Shown in pieces: positions 18,673-28,386 of a stretch of DNA of 64,000 nt; position 1 is the first letter of the stretch, and the number at the start of each line of letters is the position of its first letter. The notes below the pieces were generated by a model that saw nothing but the letters and a program-made list of their open reading frames with translations, ran no database searches and was not told where the DNA came from. Source of the DNA: an uncultured Bacillota bacterium (lineage in GTDB: Bacteria; Sysuimicrobiota; Sysuimicrobiia; Sysuimicrobiales; Segetimicrobiaceae); NCBI GenBank assembly GCA_963804645.1, contig CAWDRG010000005.1, positions 192,001-256,000 on the forward strand. The letters run 5' to 3'. The position numbers and the translations under genes were made by a program.

Positions 18673-19728
18673 TCAGCGCGGCCGCCCGTCCGGACTATCC
18701 GCCTCGTAATACACGTAGCGCGCGGCGGTCGCGGGGTCGGGCGCCGGGGCCGTCTCCGCCACTTCGGTGCCGAGGTCCACCTCGCGCCGCACCCGGTTCG
18801 CGATCTCCCGCTCCGTAGCGTCCGTCAGCACGCCCCAGGCGCGCAGCTCTTCCGTGAACACGGGGATCGGATCGTGCTGCTTCGCGGCCGCGATCTCGTC
18901 CGCGGGCCGGTACTTGTCCTGCTGATCGTCGCTGCTGTGCCCCGTGAGGCGGGGCACCTTGATCTCGAGCAGCGTCGGCCCATCGCCGCGCCGCGCGCGG
19001 GCTACGGCCTCGCGGGCCGCGGCGTACACGTCCAGAATGTGGCGGCCGTCGACCGTCACGCCGGGAATCCCGTAGCCGGCCGCGTGCGCCGAGACGTCCG
19101 GGAGCGCCATCTGCGCCGACACCGGGACCGAAATGGCGTACCCGTTGTTCTCGACGACGAACACGACCGCGAGTTTGTGCACCGCGGCGAAGTTCAGCGC
19201 CTCGTGGAAGTCGCCCTCGCTCGTGGACCCCTCCCCGGCCTCGGTGAGGCACACCTCGCCGGTCCGCCGCAGCTTGGCCGCGAACGCCACCCCGTCCGCG
19301 TGCAGGAACTGCGTCATCAGCGGACTGCTGGTGGAGAGGATCTTGTGCCGCGAGTGACCGTAGTGGCCCGGCATCTGCCGGCCGCCGCTCGAGGGGTCGG
19401 TCGCCTTGCTCAGCTGGATCAAAAAGATCTCGGCGGGGGGCATGCCCTTGACCAGCACCGACCCCACCGAACGGTAGTATGGGATCAGCCAGTCCTTCTC
19501 GCGGTCGAGCGCGAACACCGCGCCGACCTGCGCGCATTCGTGCCCCTGCCCGGAGATCACAAACGCCGCCTTTCCCGACCGCTGCAGCGCCCACATCCGC
19601 TCGTCGACGGCCCGGGCGAGGCGCACGTAATAGTACATGTCGAGGAGGTCCGCGTCCGTGACCCCCCCGGCCCGCGGCGAGCGCTCCCCCTCGCGGGTCT
19701 TCACCGCCCTGATCTCCCGTGCGCTCAT
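18673..19728 (-). CDS. 2-oxoacid (probably branched-chain) dehydrogenase E1 alpha
   Basis: FVISGQGHE, GGRQMPGH, TPP motif GEGSTSEGDFHE...ENN, HSSDD. Confidence 0.93.
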   Translation of the reverse strand: MSAREIRAVKTREGERSPRAGGVTDADLLDMYYYVRLARAVDERMWALQRSGKAAFVISGQGHECAQVGAVFALDREKDWLIPYYRSVGSVLVKGMPPAEIFLIQLSKATDPSSGGRQMPGHYGHSRHKILSTSSPLMTQFLHADGVAFAAKLRRTGEVCLTEAGEGSTSEGDFHEALNFAAVHKLAVVFVVENNGYAISVPVSAQMALPDVSAHAAGYGIPGVTVDGRHILDVYAAAREAVARARRGDGPTLLEIKVPRLTGHSSDDQQDKYRPADEIAAAKQHDPIPVFTEELRAWGVLTDATEREIANRVRREVDLGTEVAETAPAPDPATAARYVYYEADSPDGRPR

Positions 19729-19829
19729 GTGGCCTCTCCTCCGTGGGATGTGCGTCCTGCCGTCATGAGCTGTATTCCCTCAGTTTTCGCGCTCCACGCG
19801 GGCCCTCCTCCCCCAAAAGCCGCCCCGGC

Positions 19830-21227
19830 TCAGCCGTGGATGGCGCGGCCCAGGGCGCCGAGCGCGGCTTCCGCCATCGCCTCCGACAGGGTCGGGTGCG
19901 CGTGCACCGATTGGCCGATCTCCACGACGGTGGCCTCCAGGGCCCGACCGAGCACCCCTTCCGGCAGCAGCTCGGTCACCTGGGGCCCGACCAGGTGCAC
20001 CCCGAGGATCTCGCCCAACTCGCGATCGGCCACGATCTTCACGAGGCCCTCCCGCTGCCCGAGGATCATGGCGCGCGCGTTCGCGGTGAACGGAAACCGC
20101 CCCACCGACACCTCGCGCCCCGCCTCGCGCGCCTGCTTCTCGGTGAGGCCCACGCTCGCCACCTGCGGGATCGAGTAGGTGGCGCGCGGCATCAGCAGCG
20201 GATCAACCGTACGGGGGTGCTGCCCCGCGATCGCCTCCACCGCGGCCTCGGCCTCGGCGGACCCGACGTGGGCGAGCAGGAGCCCGCCGATCACATCGCC
20301 CGCCGCGTAGACCGTGGGCGCGGAGGTCTGCATCTGCGCGTTCACGACAATCCCGCCGCGCCCCACCTGCACGCCGGCCGCGTCGAGCCCGAGGCCGTCC
20401 GTGAGCGGCACGCGGCCGACCGCGACCAGCGCGTACTCCGCGCGGAGCGATTCCTCGGTGCCGTCCCCGACCCGGACGGTGACCGTCACGCCGTCGGCGG
20501 CCGCCGCCGCGCCCGTCACGGCGGTACCCGTCCGCACCGTCACGCCCCGCCGCTCGAGCGCCTTGGCCACGACCGCGGCCACCTCTTCGTCCTCGAGCGG
20601 GAGGATCGAGGGCAGGAACTCGATCAGCGTCACCTCCGCGCCGAACGCCGCGAACACGCTGGCAAACTCCGTGCCCACCGCTCCCGCGCCCAGGATCGCG
20701 ATCGACTTGGGCACCGTCGGGAGCGCGAGCGCACCGGTGCTGTCGAGGATCCGGCCGTTGTCGATCGTCACGCCCGGCAGGCTGCGCGGCCGCGAGCCGG
20801 TCGCGATGAGAATGTGCTTGGTCTCAAGATCGACCTCGGAGCCGTCGGTCGCGGACACGTGCACGCGCGTCGGCCCCGCGAGGCGGCCCGTGCCGTGGAA
20901 CATGGCGATGTGGTGCTTCCGCATCAGGTACTCGACGCCGCGGAAGTTGGTCGTGACGACGCGGTCTTTGCGCTTGTGCACCAGCGGGTAGTCCAGCCGC
21001 ACGCCGTCCGTGACGATCCCCATCTCGCTGGACGCCCGCATCTCCTCGAGCAGCTCCGCGGTGTGCAGCAGGACCTTGGTCGGAATACAGCCCACGTGCA
21101 GGCACGTGCCGCCCACCTTCTCACGCTCGACGAGCGCGGTGCTCAGACCGAGCTGCGACGCGCGGATCGCGCCGACGTATCCCGCGGGGCCGCCGCCGAT
21201 GATCACGAGATCGAATGCGTTGTCCAC
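19830..21227 (-). CDS. lpdA: Dihydrolipoamide dehydrogenase
   Basis: GGGPAG, GGTCLHVGCIPTK, HAHPTLSE. Confidence 0.97.
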   Translation of the reverse strand: MDNAFDLVIIGGGPAGYVGAIRASQLGLSTALVEREKVGGTCLHVGCIPTKVLLHTAELLEEMRASSEMGIVTDGVRLDYPLVHKRKDRVVTTNFRGVEYLMRKHHIAMFHGTGRLAGPTRVHVSATDGSEVDLETKHILIATGSRPRSLPGVTIDNGRILDSTGALALPTVPKSIAILGAGAVGTEFASVFAAFGAEVTLIEFLPSILPLEDEEVAAVVAKALERRGVTVRTGTAVTGAAAAADGVTVTVRVGDGTEESLRAEYALVAVGRVPLTDGLGLDAAGVQVGRGGIVVNAQMQTSAPTVYAAGDVIGGLLLAHVGSAEAEAAVEAIAGQHPRTVDPLLMPRATYSIPQVASVGLTEKQAREAGREVSVGRFPFTANARAMILGQREGLVKIVADRELGEILGVHLVGPQVTELLPEGVLGRALEATVVEIGQSVHAHPTLSEAMAEAALGALGRAIHG

Positions 21228-21323
21228 AGGTCCCCCCTTTGATCAGCAAAACGCCGCGGATCGTCGTCTCGTTCCCGGCGCCGCGGCCCCGTCAGGGCCG
21301 GCGTCGGGACGCCCGCGGCCGCC

Positions 21324-21743
21324 TCACGGCTCGTCGAGCCGAAGATCCGCGATCGGGCGCCGGCCGCCGTAGCCCTCGTTCACTCCGTGCCAAAATGCGA
21401 TCGCGGGTTCGTCGAGATGCCAGCAGAGAAAGACCGTCGCCCCGTCGCGCGCCCGATGCGCAAAATCCACGAGACCGCGGTCCACGTCGCGCAGAATACA
21501 GCCCGTCGCCTCGATCTCCTGCGCGACGGCGACCAGACGCGTCGTCACGCGGTCGAGCGTCTGCTGCTCGTCCCCGAGCCGGGCGAGCACCGGCGCCCCG
21601 TGCTCCAGTTTCTGCCACAACAGATCGAGTTCGGTCTTCTTGAGAACCGCCTCGTCCCGCAGTCGGCGCAGCCCACCGAGCATGTCGCGCAGCCGGGGCA
21701 GCAGCGCCGAGGCTTCCGCCAGGTCGAAGTAGCGCAGGGCCAC
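21324..21743 (-). CDS. DUF2203-like protein
   Basis: YFDLAEASALLP, GCILRDVDRGLVDF, FLCWHLDE, FWHGVNEGYGGRRP; GTG start. Confidence 0.8.
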   Translation of the reverse strand: MALRYFDLAEASALLPRLRDMLGGLRRLRDEAVLKKTELDLLWQKLEHGAPVLARLGDEQQTLDRVTTRLVAVAQEIEATGCILRDVDRGLVDFAHRARDGATVFLCWHLDEPAIAFWHGVNEGYGGRRPIADLRLDEP

Positions 21744-21750
21744 GGCGCGC

Positions 21751-22320
21751 CTACCTGCGGCGGCGTCGGGTGCGTCGTACCGGGCGTCCGCTGGCGTCCC
21801 GGCGCGGCGGGCGCGGCCCGGCCCGGAACGGGCCCCGCTCGCGATCCCGCGCCCGAGCGCCCCGCGGGCTGTCGAGTCGGTCGAGGAAGAGAATCCCGTC
21901 GAGATGATCGATCTCGTGCTGCAGGATGCGGGACAGAAATCCGGTCGCCCGCACCCGCACCTGCCGGCCGGTGACGCTTCGCGCGTCCACCTCCACCCCG
22001 AACGCACGGCGCACGTCTGCGACGACCCCCGGCATGCTCAGGCATCCCTCCGGACCCAGCTGGCTGCCCCAGCGCCGGCGCATGCGGGGATTGACGAGCG
22101 CCAGCAGGTCCGTCCCCGTCCCCGCGATGAGCACGCGGGCCGGCACCCCAATCTGCGGCGCCGCGATCCCCACGCCCCGCGCGCGGCGCATCGTCACGAT
22201 GAGATCGGCGATCAGCTCCCGCACCTCGCGGCTGACGGCACGCACCGGACGGCTGCGCGTAAAGAGCACCGACGCGTCCGCGGAGCCGATGGTCACGATG
22301 CGGCGGTTGCGCCCGCGTAT
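21751..22320 (-). CDS. def: Peptide deformylase (start uncertain)
   Basis: GVGIAAPQIG, EGCLS, QHEIDHLDG. Confidence 0.9.
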   Translation of the reverse strand: MRGRNRRIVTIGSADASVLFTRSRPVRAVSREVRELIADLIVTMRRARGVGIAAPQIGVPARVLIAGTGTDLLALVNPRMRRRWGSQLGPEGCLSMPGVVADVRRAFGVEVDARSVTGRQVRVRATGFLSRILQHEIDHLDGILFLDRLDSPRGARARDRERGPFRAGPRPPRRDASGRPVRRTRRRRR

Positions 22321-22484
22321 CCTGCGCGGGTGCGGTTGGGAGGCACGACGCCTTACCGGGCGTTGCGAAGCCACGCCGATAGTGTTGGGTGGCGCAGCAC
22401 CAAATCCCTTGCCGCGGTGCCCGCGGCCGGCCGAATTCGCGTGCGTGTTCGACGGGATGCGCCCGGCCCCCAGCGGCGGCCGGC

Positions 22485-23882
22485 CTATCCGCCGGGCGGT
22501 CGTCGAACGCGGCTCCTCGGGAGTGCCGCGCAGATATCCCCGTGCCCCAAAATGGACAGCGCCCGACACACATTCACGCGCCCGAGACGCCGACCTGGAA
22601 CCTGAATCGGATCGGCGCCGTCACGGAGCGCGGCGATGGCTTCCGAGGGGTTGGAACGACCCTCCGCCTCGATGAGCAGTGCAAGCACGCCGCTGGTCAC
22701 CGCGGCTGCGTAGGACGTGCCGCTGACGAACGCGTAGCGGCCGTCGGGAACCGTCGTCAGGATATCCACTCCCGGCGCCAGCAGCGACACATACGATCCG
22801 AGATTTGAGTGCCCGTCCAGCATGTCTTGGTTATTGGTGGCGGCGACCGCGACGACACCGGGCAACGCGGCGGGGTACTCGGGAGGGCCGTGGGGCCCGT
22901 TGTTCCCCGCCGCTGCCACCACGATCACCTGGTGCACCAGGATCGCCTCAAGCACGATCCGGTCGACCACGGTGTTCGGCGGTCCGCCGAAACTGAGATT
23001 GAGAATCTGCACGCCGCGACTCACGGCCAGGTCGACTCCCTGGGCGACGCGGTCGGCCGGGCACTCCGCTTGGAGGGACCCAGGTGATTCGGCCGCACAG
23101 GCCTGAATCGACACGAGCGTCGCCGCCGGCGCAATGCCTAGCACGCCGCCGTCGATCCCGCGCGCCGCGACAATCCCAGCGATGGCGGTGCCGTGCGCGT
23201 CGGACCTCATCTCAGGACGGCCTGCAATCAAGGTCTCGCTGGCCGCCACGGCGCCGCGGAGATCGGGATGAGACGTATCGATTCCCGTATCCACAATGCC
23301 GATCAACACGTCGCGTCCCCGGAGGACCGCGTGGGCCCGCTGGACGCCGGTCAGGGGCAGCGCGTATTCCTGAGAGACGAGCGGCTCTGCGAGTGTTTCA
23401 AACGTTTCCACCGCGTCGACATCAGACTCGACGACGCCAGGCTCCTGCCTTAGGTCGACGCCGATGCTCTCCGCGGACCGCTGATCGGGTACGCCGAACA
23501 CCACCATCGTCGCGCCGATAGACAACAGGACAGCCTCAGACTGCACGCGCAGCCCGTGCCGGCCCGCGAGAACCCGAGCCAGCGCATCCGCGTCGGCGGG
23601 GTCACGAGGCGCCAGAAGGGTGACGATCTGTTGTGGTACGGCGCGCCCCGACGGGTACGTCGCCGGGGCGAAGACGGCCCGGTCCCCGCCGACGCCCCCA
23701 AGGCCGGACTGGTCGCGCGGAACTCGCCGCGCCCCATCCCACGGCGGCACGAGCGCCGCGGTGCCCTGGCTCTCGTGCCCGCGATCCGCTGTCGCGGCGC
23801 GCGCGAAGCTGTCCCCGAGCGCCGGGCCGGCGGCAGTGATCAGCATCAACCCCAGCGCGCCGGCCAGCGCGGCGGGTTTCAT
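22485..23882 (-). CDS. Secreted S8 subtilisin-like serine protease
   Basis: Signal peptide; catalytic triad IVDTGID, HGTAIAG, GTSYAAA; AAAGN. Confidence 0.92.
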   Translation of the reverse strand: MKPAALAGALGLMLITAAGPALGDSFARAATADRGHESQGTAALVPPWDGARRVPRDQSGLGGVGGDRAVFAPATYPSGRAVPQQIVTLLAPRDPADADALARVLAGRHGLRVQSEAVLLSIGATMVVFGVPDQRSAESIGVDLRQEPGVVESDVDAVETFETLAEPLVSQEYALPLTGVQRAHAVLRGRDVLIGIVDTGIDTSHPDLRGAVAASETLIAGRPEMRSDAHGTAIAGIVAARGIDGGVLGIAPAATLVSIQACAAESPGSLQAECPADRVAQGVDLAVSRGVQILNLSFGGPPNTVVDRIVLEAILVHQVIVVAAAGNNGPHGPPEYPAALPGVVAVAATNNQDMLDGHSNLGSYVSLLAPGVDILTTVPDGRYAFVSGTSYAAAVTSGVLALLIEAEGRSNPSEAIAALRDGADPIQVPGRRLGRVNVCRALSILGHGDICAALPRSRVRRPPGG

Positions 23883-24508
23883 CTCCGCACCTGAATGACC
23901 TGGGCGAACTGAATCAGCGTAGACGCCCGCAGCCGCTGCAGTGCGCTGTCCGCGGTGGCCGCAGGGTGTCCCGGTCCGATCGGCACCAACACGCTACTCA
24001 CGCCCAGCGAGCTGGGACCGCTCGTGATCGTCGCGCCGAGCGGTCCGAGCAGACCTTGGATTTGGGACATCGTGACCTGGGGGCCGAAGACAACCTGGAT
24101 CTCGGCACCGGGGCCGGTTCGGTCGGACGTCTCCGAAAGAGTGGTGAATGAACCACGCTCGCCGAGAGACGCGACCAGCACCAGGATAAGAACCGTCTGG
24201 GCGACCAACACGATCCGCACGGGTCTCGGCAGCGGCATGAACCAGCCCAGGGAGGCATCGGCGATGCGTCGCCAGCCTCCCGGACGTATCCGCTGAAGTG
24301 TCCGAGCGTACAGGTCGGCGGGGGGCAGCGGTGGCTGGTCTTCGAGCGCGCGCATCAAATTGCGGGTCGCCGCCACGTCCTGACGACACGCCGCGCAGAC
24401 CGCGAGATGCTCTTCGACGGCCCGGCGCTCCTCCTGGCTGAGTGTGCCGTTGATGTACCAGGGGATCAGTTCTGCCCGCTCCGGCGCCACGCATGTCTCA
24501 GGATTCAT
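23879..24508 (-). CDS. zf-HC2 anti-sigma factor with TM helix and C-terminal alpha/beta domain
   Basis: LIPWYINGTL...VEEHLAVCAAC; IVLVAQTVLILVLV; IQVVFGPQVTMSQIQGLL. Confidence 0.88.
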   Translation of the reverse strand: MNPETCVAPERAELIPWYINGTLSQEERRAVEEHLAVCAACRQDVAATRNLMRALEDQPPLPPADLYARTLQRIRPGGWRRIADASLGWFMPLPRPVRIVLVAQTVLILVLVASLGERGSFTTLSETSDRTGPGAEIQVVFGPQVTMSQIQGLLGPLGATITSGPSSLGVSSVLVPIGPGHPAATADSALQRLRASTLIQFAQVIQVRR

Positions 24509-25022
24509 CCGCCACCCCTGCCGCCTCAAGGAGCGTGTGCAGCTTCTTCCGGGCATAGAACATGCGTGTCTTGACCGTGTTCACGGGAATTCGCAGGATC
24601 TGCGCGATGTCCGGGTAGGCGAAGCCGTGATAGAACGTCAGCTCGACCACGTCGCGCTGCCCCGCAGGAAGGGTCTCCACCGCACGGCGAATCCGGTCGG
24701 CCACGTCCGCGCGCTCGGCCGCGTTCGCCGGGTCGCCGTTCGCCGACAGCAATTCCCCTTCCTCAAGCGACGCGTGGGGTCGCTGCCGCCGCCGCGCTCC
24801 GGCGAGACGATGGTGTGCGATGCCGAAGATCCACGTCGACGCGCGTGACTCGCCCCGGAACCCCCGCGCCCCTCGCCAAACCGCTGCCATGGTTTCGCAG
24901 ACGAGGTCTTCGGCCAAGGGCGCATCGTGAGTGGCGCGCAGGAAGTATGCGTACAGCGGTCGCTCGAATCGCCGGAACAGGCGCTCAAATGCCGCATGGT
25001 CGCCCGCCGCGGTGCGGCCCAC
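24498..25022 (-). CDS. ECF sigma factor (start may be further upstream)
   Basis: GDHAAFERLF, LAEDLVCET, STWIFGIA, YPDIAQILRIPVNTVKTRMFYAR. Confidence 0.9.
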   Translation of the reverse strand: MGRTAAGDHAAFERLFRRFERPLYAYFLRATHDAPLAEDLVCETMAAVWRGARGFRGESRASTWIFGIAHHRLAGARRRQRPHASLEEGELLSANGDPANAAERADVADRIRRAVETLPAGQRDVVELTFYHGFAYPDIAQILRIPVNTVKTRMFYARKKLHTLLEAAGVADES

Positions 25023-25356
25023 GAGGATGTCCAGCGTCGCATTCTCTTCGGTGGGCAGGGCGACACGACCGTTGAGGGACTTAACGTCTGAGACTTCGCC
25101 GGAGTCTCCCGATGGCCCTGTGGAACGTCCGCACGTGGTCGGCCGCGGGCGTTCCCCAGTCCCTGTCTCGCCCGGGACCGCCGACCCCCCTCTGGATCTG
25201 CGCGGCAGTCGTCGGTCGTGTGCGTACGTGTGTCGTCCCGACCCGAGACCATGGGACCCCGACGATCACCCGTGACCGGGGACACCGGTCCCGCCCAGCG
25301 GAGCGCCCGCGTGCGAATGGGGCGCCCGATCACCGGCCCGCGCGTGCCCGGAGCCA

Positions 25357-26001
25357 TCAGGAATCACTCCCGCCGCTCTCCGCCTCCAACGCCGCGCACA
25401 AACGCAGCACGGCATGCAACACCCAGATCCGCACGGCCTCGAGGGGCGCGCCGGTCCGCGCCGCGATCTCCCGTTGCGTCAGTTCCCCGTAGTACGCGAG
25501 CACGAACACGGTCCGCTGTTCAAACGGGAGGGCTTCGACCACGTGCTTGACGAGATCGTCTGGTACCGCCCCCATCGCGTAGGCCACAATGCCGGCATCG
25601 TGCGTCACCGGCCCCGCCGCGGTCCCTTCGGGGTCGCTCCGGCGGCGGGCCGCGGATAAGCTTCTCTCGAGGGCGAGCGATAAGATCCAGTGATCTGGGT
25701 CTCCCCGCTCAGGGTCTAACGCCAGGGGGGCCCGCCAAATCACCAGGAACGTCTCCCGGGCAACCTGCTGTGCGGCCGCGCGATCCTGAAGAATCCCATA
25801 GGCCAGCGTCGACACCGCGCGGCCGTAACGGTCGCACAGCGCCCGCAACGCGTCCACGTCCGACTGCGCAACGCGCTTGAGCAGCGTCCCGTTATCAACC
25901 GCGGGTGCGTCCCCGCCTGCCACTCCCAATGGTACCTCCGCGTTGATCCCCGAGGGTTTCGTACCGTCGAGTATGTGTCGATCCACGCGCGATCGGTTCA
26001 T
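25357..26001 (-). CDS. Second, divergent ECF sigma factor (SigK-like)
   Basis: DVDALRALCDRYG, ETFLVIWR, LPFEQRTVFVLAYYGELTQREIAARTGAPL. Confidence 0.75.
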   Translation of the reverse strand: MNRSRVDRHILDGTKPSGINAEVPLGVAGGDAPAVDNGTLLKRVAQSDVDALRALCDRYGRAVSTLAYGILQDRAAAQQVARETFLVIWRAPLALDPERGDPDHWILSLALERSLSAARRRSDPEGTAAGPVTHDAGIVAYAMGAVPDDLVKHVVEALPFEQRTVFVLAYYGELTQREIAARTGAPLEAVRIWVLHAVLRLCAALEAESGGSDS

Positions 26002-26247
26002 GGCACCGGAGGGTATCCCGACCACGGTCTCGGCGCTCCAGCGATGAACCGATCATGGGTCCCGCGACACATACGTTCCTGACGGGGCCCAGCGGGACCG
26101 ATGATCCGACGCGGCGATGGAACGCGTGGCCGCGTCGGTGCCGCTTCGAAGCTGAAGGAGACGGGCACCCGGTCGACATCACTGCGCCTCTGCACAGCGG
26201 CTCGTGGGCTGGGCGGTGGGGCACGAAGGCAAGGAACGGAGTGACAC

Positions 26248-26547
26248 GTGAGACACGAACGCGCGCATCCCCTTGCCGGGAAGACGGTCCGGCTGCGTCT
26301 GCGCCAAGAAGACGTGCACCTCAACACGGGAGATCGCTACCGTCTTGAGGATTGGTGGGACCGGGTCTCTGCCGGCTCGTGGATGGACTGCATGCCCTGT
26401 TGGGCGGCGGCCGCCTACGCCCTGAGAGTACATGCCGCGGACCTGCCGGTCGATGACGAGGTCGTGTACGGACAGGTCGGCGGTGTGAGCCACCTCGTGC
26501 ATGTCAGCGAGCTGGGACCGATATTGCCAGACGATGACGTCGAGTGA
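26248..26547 (+). CDS. Small hypothetical protein
   Basis: Protein-like composition (HPLAGKTVRL, EDWWDRV, DDEVVYG, HLVHVSEL); GGAG before GTG. Confidence 0.7.
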   Translation: MRHERAHPLAGKTVRLRLRQEDVHLNTGDRYRLEDWWDRVSAGSWMDCMPCWAAAAYALRVHAADLPVDDEVVYGQVGGVSHLVHVSELGPILPDDDVE

Positions 26548-26633
26548 TGGGCGTGAGCGGGGGAATCCGTTTGGAATGATGACGGTGGTGGTGGCGACCG
26601 GCTCGGTGGGCTTCGTGACCCGCCCGCCGGATG

Positions 26634-26671
26634 CGTTGAGAGCGGCCGGCCCCTCCCGTCCGCTCTCAACG
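26634..26671. terminator. 12-bp hairpin between convergent genes
   Basis: CGTTGAGAGCGG-N14-CCGCTCTCAACG. Confidence 0.5.
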
Positions 26672-26692
26672 ACACCGACTCGCGAACGCTGG

Positions 26693-28261
26693 CTAAAACT
26701 TCACGTGCACCGTATGGTAGCCCTGGCCGCCGTCCGGCAGGGTCGGTTCGGGCTGCGAGGGCTGCAGGCTGCCCTTCCCGTCCGTCGCGCGGACCTGGAG
26801 CGCGTAGTCGCCCGGCTTGGGCGGCTGCCACTCGAGCGACCAGAACTGCCACGTGTTCTCCCCGAGCGCCGGCTTGACCGCGGCCTCGATCCACGTCTTC
26901 CCGTTGTCGGGGCTGACCTCGACCTTCGAAATGCCGCGGTTTCCGGCGTACGCCCACCCGCCGAGCGCGAGCATCGTGCCGTCCTTGGTCTCGACCTTGA
27001 ACGCGCTGTTGGTCTTCACAAACGCCGTCTTGCTCCACCCCTGCTGCGCCCAGTACCCGACGTAGTCGTGGTTCGCGACCTCGATGCTGGTCAGCCACTT
27101 CGGCTGCTTCATCCCGTACCGGTTGAGGATCAGGACGCGCACGGGCGCCCCATGCTTCTGCGGAATGGGGTCGCCGTTCATCTGGTAGGCGAGCAGCGTC
27201 GAGGGGTCCATGGCGATGTCGATCGGAATCGACTCGGAGAAGCTGTCCACGGCGCGCCAGATGATCGTGGTCGCGCCGGGCTTCACCTCGGCGAGATCCA
27301 GGATGTCCTTCACGCGCACGCCGGTCCACTTCGCGTTCCCGATCAGATCGCCCCCGACCTCATTGCTGATGCACTCGAACGTCTGATAGCGCTCGACCGC
27401 GGGCCCGGCCTTCTTGAAGTCGTCGAGCGACAGCTTCAACGGCTTGTTCACCAATCCGGTCACTTCCAGCATCCACTTGTTGACGTCGACCGTCGGATCG
27501 AAGAAGTTCTTCGACACCTGGTAGAAGTCGCCGGCCGGCGTCACCTCGGGCGGCATGCCCTTCAGCAGCTGGAACGCCTGCGCGGCGGCGCGGACGACTG
27601 CCGCGCCGGTGTCGGCGGCCCACGCGAGCGCCGTGCCCGCCGCGGCCCCGAGCACGACCAGCGCGGAGCGGCGCAGGAGGTCCCGTCGCCCGACGGCGCT
27701 CCCCGGAGTCCCGGACCCGCTCGGCGGCAACGCGCCGCCGCCCGAGCGTGCCCCGCCGGCGGCCTCGACCGCCGCACCGGGGCGCCCGTAGAGCAGCGCG
27801 AGCACCAGCCCGTACGCGAGGCTGGCGAGCCCCATCGGCAGCGCGGGCGAGGTCACGACGGTGGTCAGCGGGACCCCAAGGATCCCGCCTTCGATGAAGG
27901 GCAGGAACAGGAACGTCAGCACCACCCACGTGACCACGGCCGCGGCCAGGCCGAGCACCACGCGCGGCCGCTGGCTCCCCCGGACGAGCCACGCGTAGAG
28001 CATCCCGCCGATGCCGAGCCCGATCACACTGGTCAGCACGGACATCGCGAGGCCGATGGGCTTCGCGTCGTGCTGGAACGTCGCCAGGATCTGCGCGAAC
28101 ACCTGGTAGGGCAGCAGCCGAATCATGCGCTCCGCGAGCGCCTCCTGCGCCGTCGGCATGCCCGTCTGGAAGCGGTACGCGAACAGCACGATCGTGACCG
28201 CCACGCCCCCGGCCACCCCGGCCCAGAATCCCCGTGCCCACCGGACCGTTCCCTGTGCCAT
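26693..28261 (-). CDS. Sulfite-oxidase-family molybdopterin oxidoreductase with polytopic N-terminus
   Basis: FYQVSK, FECISNEVGGDLIGNAKWTG, HGAPVR, YGMKQPKWL, Mo-co dimer domain; four TMs then GRRDLL plus a fifth TM. Confidence 0.9.
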   Translation of the reverse strand: MAQGTVRWARGFWAGVAGGVAVTIVLFAYRFQTGMPTAQEALAERMIRLLPYQVFAQILATFQHDAKPIGLAMSVLTSVIGLGIGGMLYAWLVRGSQRPRVVLGLAAAVVTWVVLTFLFLPFIEGGILGVPLTTVVTSPALPMGLASLAYGLVLALLYGRPGAAVEAAGGARSGGGALPPSGSGTPGSAVGRRDLLRRSALVVLGAAAGTALAWAADTGAAVVRAAAQAFQLLKGMPPEVTPAGDFYQVSKNFFDPTVDVNKWMLEVTGLVNKPLKLSLDDFKKAGPAVERYQTFECISNEVGGDLIGNAKWTGVRVKDILDLAEVKPGATTIIWRAVDSFSESIPIDIAMDPSTLLAYQMNGDPIPQKHGAPVRVLILNRYGMKQPKWLTSIEVANHDYVGYWAQQGWSKTAFVKTNSAFKVETKDGTMLALGGWAYAGNRGISKVEVSPDNGKTWIEAAVKPALGENTWQFWSLEWQPPKPGDYALQVRATDGKGSLQPSQPEPTLPDGGQGYHTVHVKF

Positions 28262-28386
28262 AGCCCTCTCACCCCGCCTCAATGCGGCGGCGCGCCGTCT
28301 CGGCGGCCCCGCGCGCATGCTCAGTGTCGGCCCCAGCGTATTCGAATTGTGTAATGATGTGGTAACGATGATCTGCCGCGCGTCGG

